The notes under the pieces are model-generated. The model made no database searches. It had not been told where the DNA came from and saw only the letters and a program-made list of their open reading frames with translations. From the IMG/VR virus record IMGVR_UViG_3300022697_000248, positions 1 to 47,748 of that record: 47,748 bases of DNA. One strand, 5' to 3'. Of the stretch, positions 45,623 to 47,748 are shown one piece after another (the stretch's first letter is position 1; each line of letters opens with the position of its first letter). The DNA is from a virus (lineage: Duplodnaviria > Caudoviricetes). The translations under genes and the position numbers were made by a program.

Positions 45623-46951
45623 TTAAAAAATCTCCCGCAAAATCAATGCGCCTTCAAACGTGGCTGCGGAAACACCACCGACAGGGCGGACACAGAGGAC
45701 CACTGTATCACGTGTACCGTCAATTGCGGCTCCAATCACTAGTGCGCTGTTCAAGTCACCACCGCCCGATCCCTGTCCTGACCCACCACCGCCGGATTCG
45801 AAGTACCCACCTCCGATGTGTGTCCCACCTGTCACGGTATTCGCTGTGGCGCCTAGGGCCCGTTGGACAGCGGAGTTTGTCACATCACTATAGGTAAACG
45901 TGCCGGCGACCGTCGGGTTGAAAATCAGCACCCATTCCAACAGCTCACTCGCTGTATGCACCTGCACCGCCGTGTTCAAAAAATGAATCGTCGCGCCAAG
46001 GTGTGTGGATTTTAAACGCACGCCGACGACAGCGTATAGTGTGTTTTCGACGGCGGATGTCACGCTTGCACCGCCGGTCCCTAAGTGCCGAACGATGCCA
46101 ATATCCTGGTTTCCTCCCTCAGAAATGACAGCAGAACAAATGACGCGAATCGAACACACACCAGAAGCCGTTGTCGTGACGATTTGATACCGCAGTGGAA
46201 GGTTTGGAGTCGAGGCCCAAGGAATAGCAGCCACATTCGCTTGATTTATTTCATGGACATAAATAATTGTACCGTTAGTTTCTATCCCGAACCGCACTCG
46301 GCCAATAGACAGCCATTGGTAATCAACGACGAAAATTTGCGCCTTTGTCCAATCGGCGGTTTCTCCGGATGGGTTTGCGGCATCATTGCCACCGTCAAGC
46401 GTATCGAGGTTCCAACTCGCTTGCGCCGTAGTACTATCAACAGGTGTTCCAGAATCATTTGTACGAACGGTGACACCAATCGCACCGGCGTCACTTTCAA
46501 AAAAGGCCCCATTGTTGTTATCGAACAACCCAATCCGTCGTTCACAGCCTGTTTTCACACCACTTGCCAACTCTAAGACACCGGTCATCAAGATGAGTTG
46601 TGACTTTCCGGGTTGGTAATTAAATCGACGAAATGTTTGGCGTGTAAACAGACCCGCTGTCACGTTCGTTGAAACCAAATCGATATACGGTTTGGCTTCT
46701 GTGGGGGTCGTGGCTGTGATGCCTCCTCCTGATTCAAGTGCTTCGTCCCAAAATAACGGCGCGTCATCCGAACCAAGTAATTTTGAATCAAACACCGTGA
46801 CAGGATTTGAGATACGCAGGCGGCCAAACGCATCAACGTTGGGACTATGCTTTTCAATCCCATCAAGGAGGACCTGTTGGTGCTTTACCCCTCCACGATC
46901 CTTGGAGGCATATACTTCCCCGGTCCCTGGTAATATGGTATTGTCACTCAA
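45623..46951 (-). CDS. ConA-like virion structural protein
   Basis: DAFGRLRISNP, RQTFRRFNYQPGKSQ, DYQWLSIGRVRFG, TPNLPLRY. Confidence 0.75.
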   Translation of the reverse strand: MSDNTILPGTGEVYASKDRGGVKHQQVLLDGIEKHSPNVDAFGRLRISNPVTVFDSKLLGSDDAPLFWDEALESGGGITATTPTEAKPYIDLVSTNVTAGLFTRQTFRRFNYQPGKSQLILMTGVLELASGVKTGCERRIGLFDNNNGAFFESDAGAIGVTVRTNDSGTPVDSTTAQASWNLDTLDGGNDAANPSGETADWTKAQIFVVDYQWLSIGRVRFGIETNGTIIYVHEINQANVAAIPWASTPNLPLRYQIVTTTASGVCSIRVICSAVISEGGNQDIGIVRHLGTGGASVTSAVENTLYAVVGVRLKSTHLGATIHFLNTAVQVHTASELLEWVLIFNPTVAGTFTYSDVTNSAVQRALGATANTVTGGTHIGGGYFESGGGGSGQGSGGGDLNSALVIGAAIDGTRDTVVLCVRPVGGVSAATFEGALILREIF

Positions 46952-46985
46952 AGCAATATTCCTTTTGTTAATTCATAAATAGGCA

Positions 46986-47748
46986 TTATAACCATTCATT
47001 TCGTGTAAATGTTGTCGCATCATCAGTGATCGTTGATGATGCGATATTTGCATCATCCGCATCGTTTCTGAGAGTTTTAGTCGTGCTTGTCTGAGTACCT
47101 TTGTTCCGGGAAAGGGTAAAGAGCCAGACGATTTTATCCTTGAGCGAAGATGTTGCCGCTGGAACACCGCTTGACTCCACATGCGTGTCAGTGACGAGAA
47201 CGTCAAGCGCTTCCACATTCACATCGAGCTTTTCCTGTGCGCTGAGCGCCACATTCCCTGTCTTTGCCCCTACATCACTATCCATACGTCCACCCACTAG
47301 TGCCGAGGGTAAGAGAGCCGGAATATCAGTCGTCGTATCGGTTTGGATCACATCCACCTGATTTGCCATCTTGCCACCTGTCGCGGCATCGAGTTCACTG
47401 AGACGTGTTTCAGTGCAGACACTCGCAAGCGCCGCACTGTCAGTGCCTCGCATGGCTGTGGTCGGAATGGCATCGAGGAGAAGATCCAATCGTCCACCAT
47501 TCACCCAATCCGCTTGCAGTTCATTGGTGTCCGTTTCAATATCGTTAATGTTGGTATTCATCGCATCGAGGTTCAGTCCGCCTGCATCACTGATGGGCAA
47601 TCCGCCTGCGGCATCTGCGGCGGCATTGGGTAGTGCGGTTAAGCCAAGCCGGACACTGTCTTCAGGATCAAAATCGACGAGTTGAATAGTTTGAGGAAGA
47701 ACAATCATACCAGTGACTGTCCCTTGAATGGAGACGGTTGACGCGCCC
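46986..47748 (-). CDS. 3' part of the origin-spanning virion protein (starts at 356)
   Basis: Open frame continues through the terminal repeat; ends TLRNDADDANIASSTITDDATTFTRNEWL. Confidence 0.85.
   Translation of the reverse strand, partial: GASTVSIQGTVTGMIVLPQTIQLVDFDPEDSVRLGLTALPNAAADAAGGLPISDAGGLNLDAMNTNINDIETDTNELQADWVNGGRLDLLLDAIPTTAMRGTDSAALASVCTETRLSELDAATGGKMANQVDVIQTDTTTDIPALLPSALVGGRMDSDVGAKTGNVALSAQEKLDVNVEALDVLVTDTHVESSGVPAATSSLKDKIVWLFTLSRNKGTQTSTTKTLRNDADDANIASSTITDDATTFTRNEWL
47650..47748. repeat. Terminal direct repeat, right copy
   Basis: Identical to 1-99. Confidence 0.97.

Noticed and set aside
46948-46986. 12-codon ORF MPIYELTKGILL bridging two structural genes
   Set aside because: Too short to support; may only provide translational coupling to the TTG start at 46951
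33400-47685. Numerous plus-strand ORFs opposite the late genes (also 79-15698)
   Set aside because: Antisense shadows of long, coupled minus-strand genes, without SDs or motifs
1-47748. CRISPR/TIGR-like arrays, DGR, canonical tRNAs, stop-codon recoding
   Set aside because: No regularly spaced repeats, reverse transcriptase or canonical cloverleaf seen by eye, and core genes are intact in the standard code

Overview
The window is an apparently complete, circularly assembled genome of a tailed dsDNA phage. Bases 1-99 are identical to 47650-47748, giving a 47,649 bp unit length. Virion genes suggest a podovirus: P22/T7-like portal, adaptor, nozzle and three ejection proteins, with no tape measure or sheath. 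The minus-strand late arm runs from about 16,000 down through the origin to 32,958. It carries TerS, a TerL with a LAGLIDADG intein in its Walker A motif, portal, scaffold, capsid, an HNH insertion and tail/ejection genes, interleaved with a 2OG-Fe(II) hydroxylase, a GNAT, a PAPS-reductase-like protein and a YkgJ-like protein. The plus-strand arm (17,017-32,676) carries small early ORFs, an RHH regulator, a PD-(D/E)XK nuclease, RecT, an AAA helicase, RusA, an M15-type endolysin, DUF1353 and a lipoprotein. I recognised no integrase, CI-type repressor, or DNA or RNA polymerase. The most unusual signals are non-coding: (i) a full enhancer + IHF + sigma54 promoter architecture before the early genes, with no phage-encoded activator; (ii) a compact, possibly pseudoknotted RNA directly upstream of a DIP1984-like gene; (iii) a tRNA-shaped element at the convergence of the two arms; (iv) a promoter-driven hairpin island that may be an origin or sRNA. 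All family assignments come from motif recognition by eye, not database searches.
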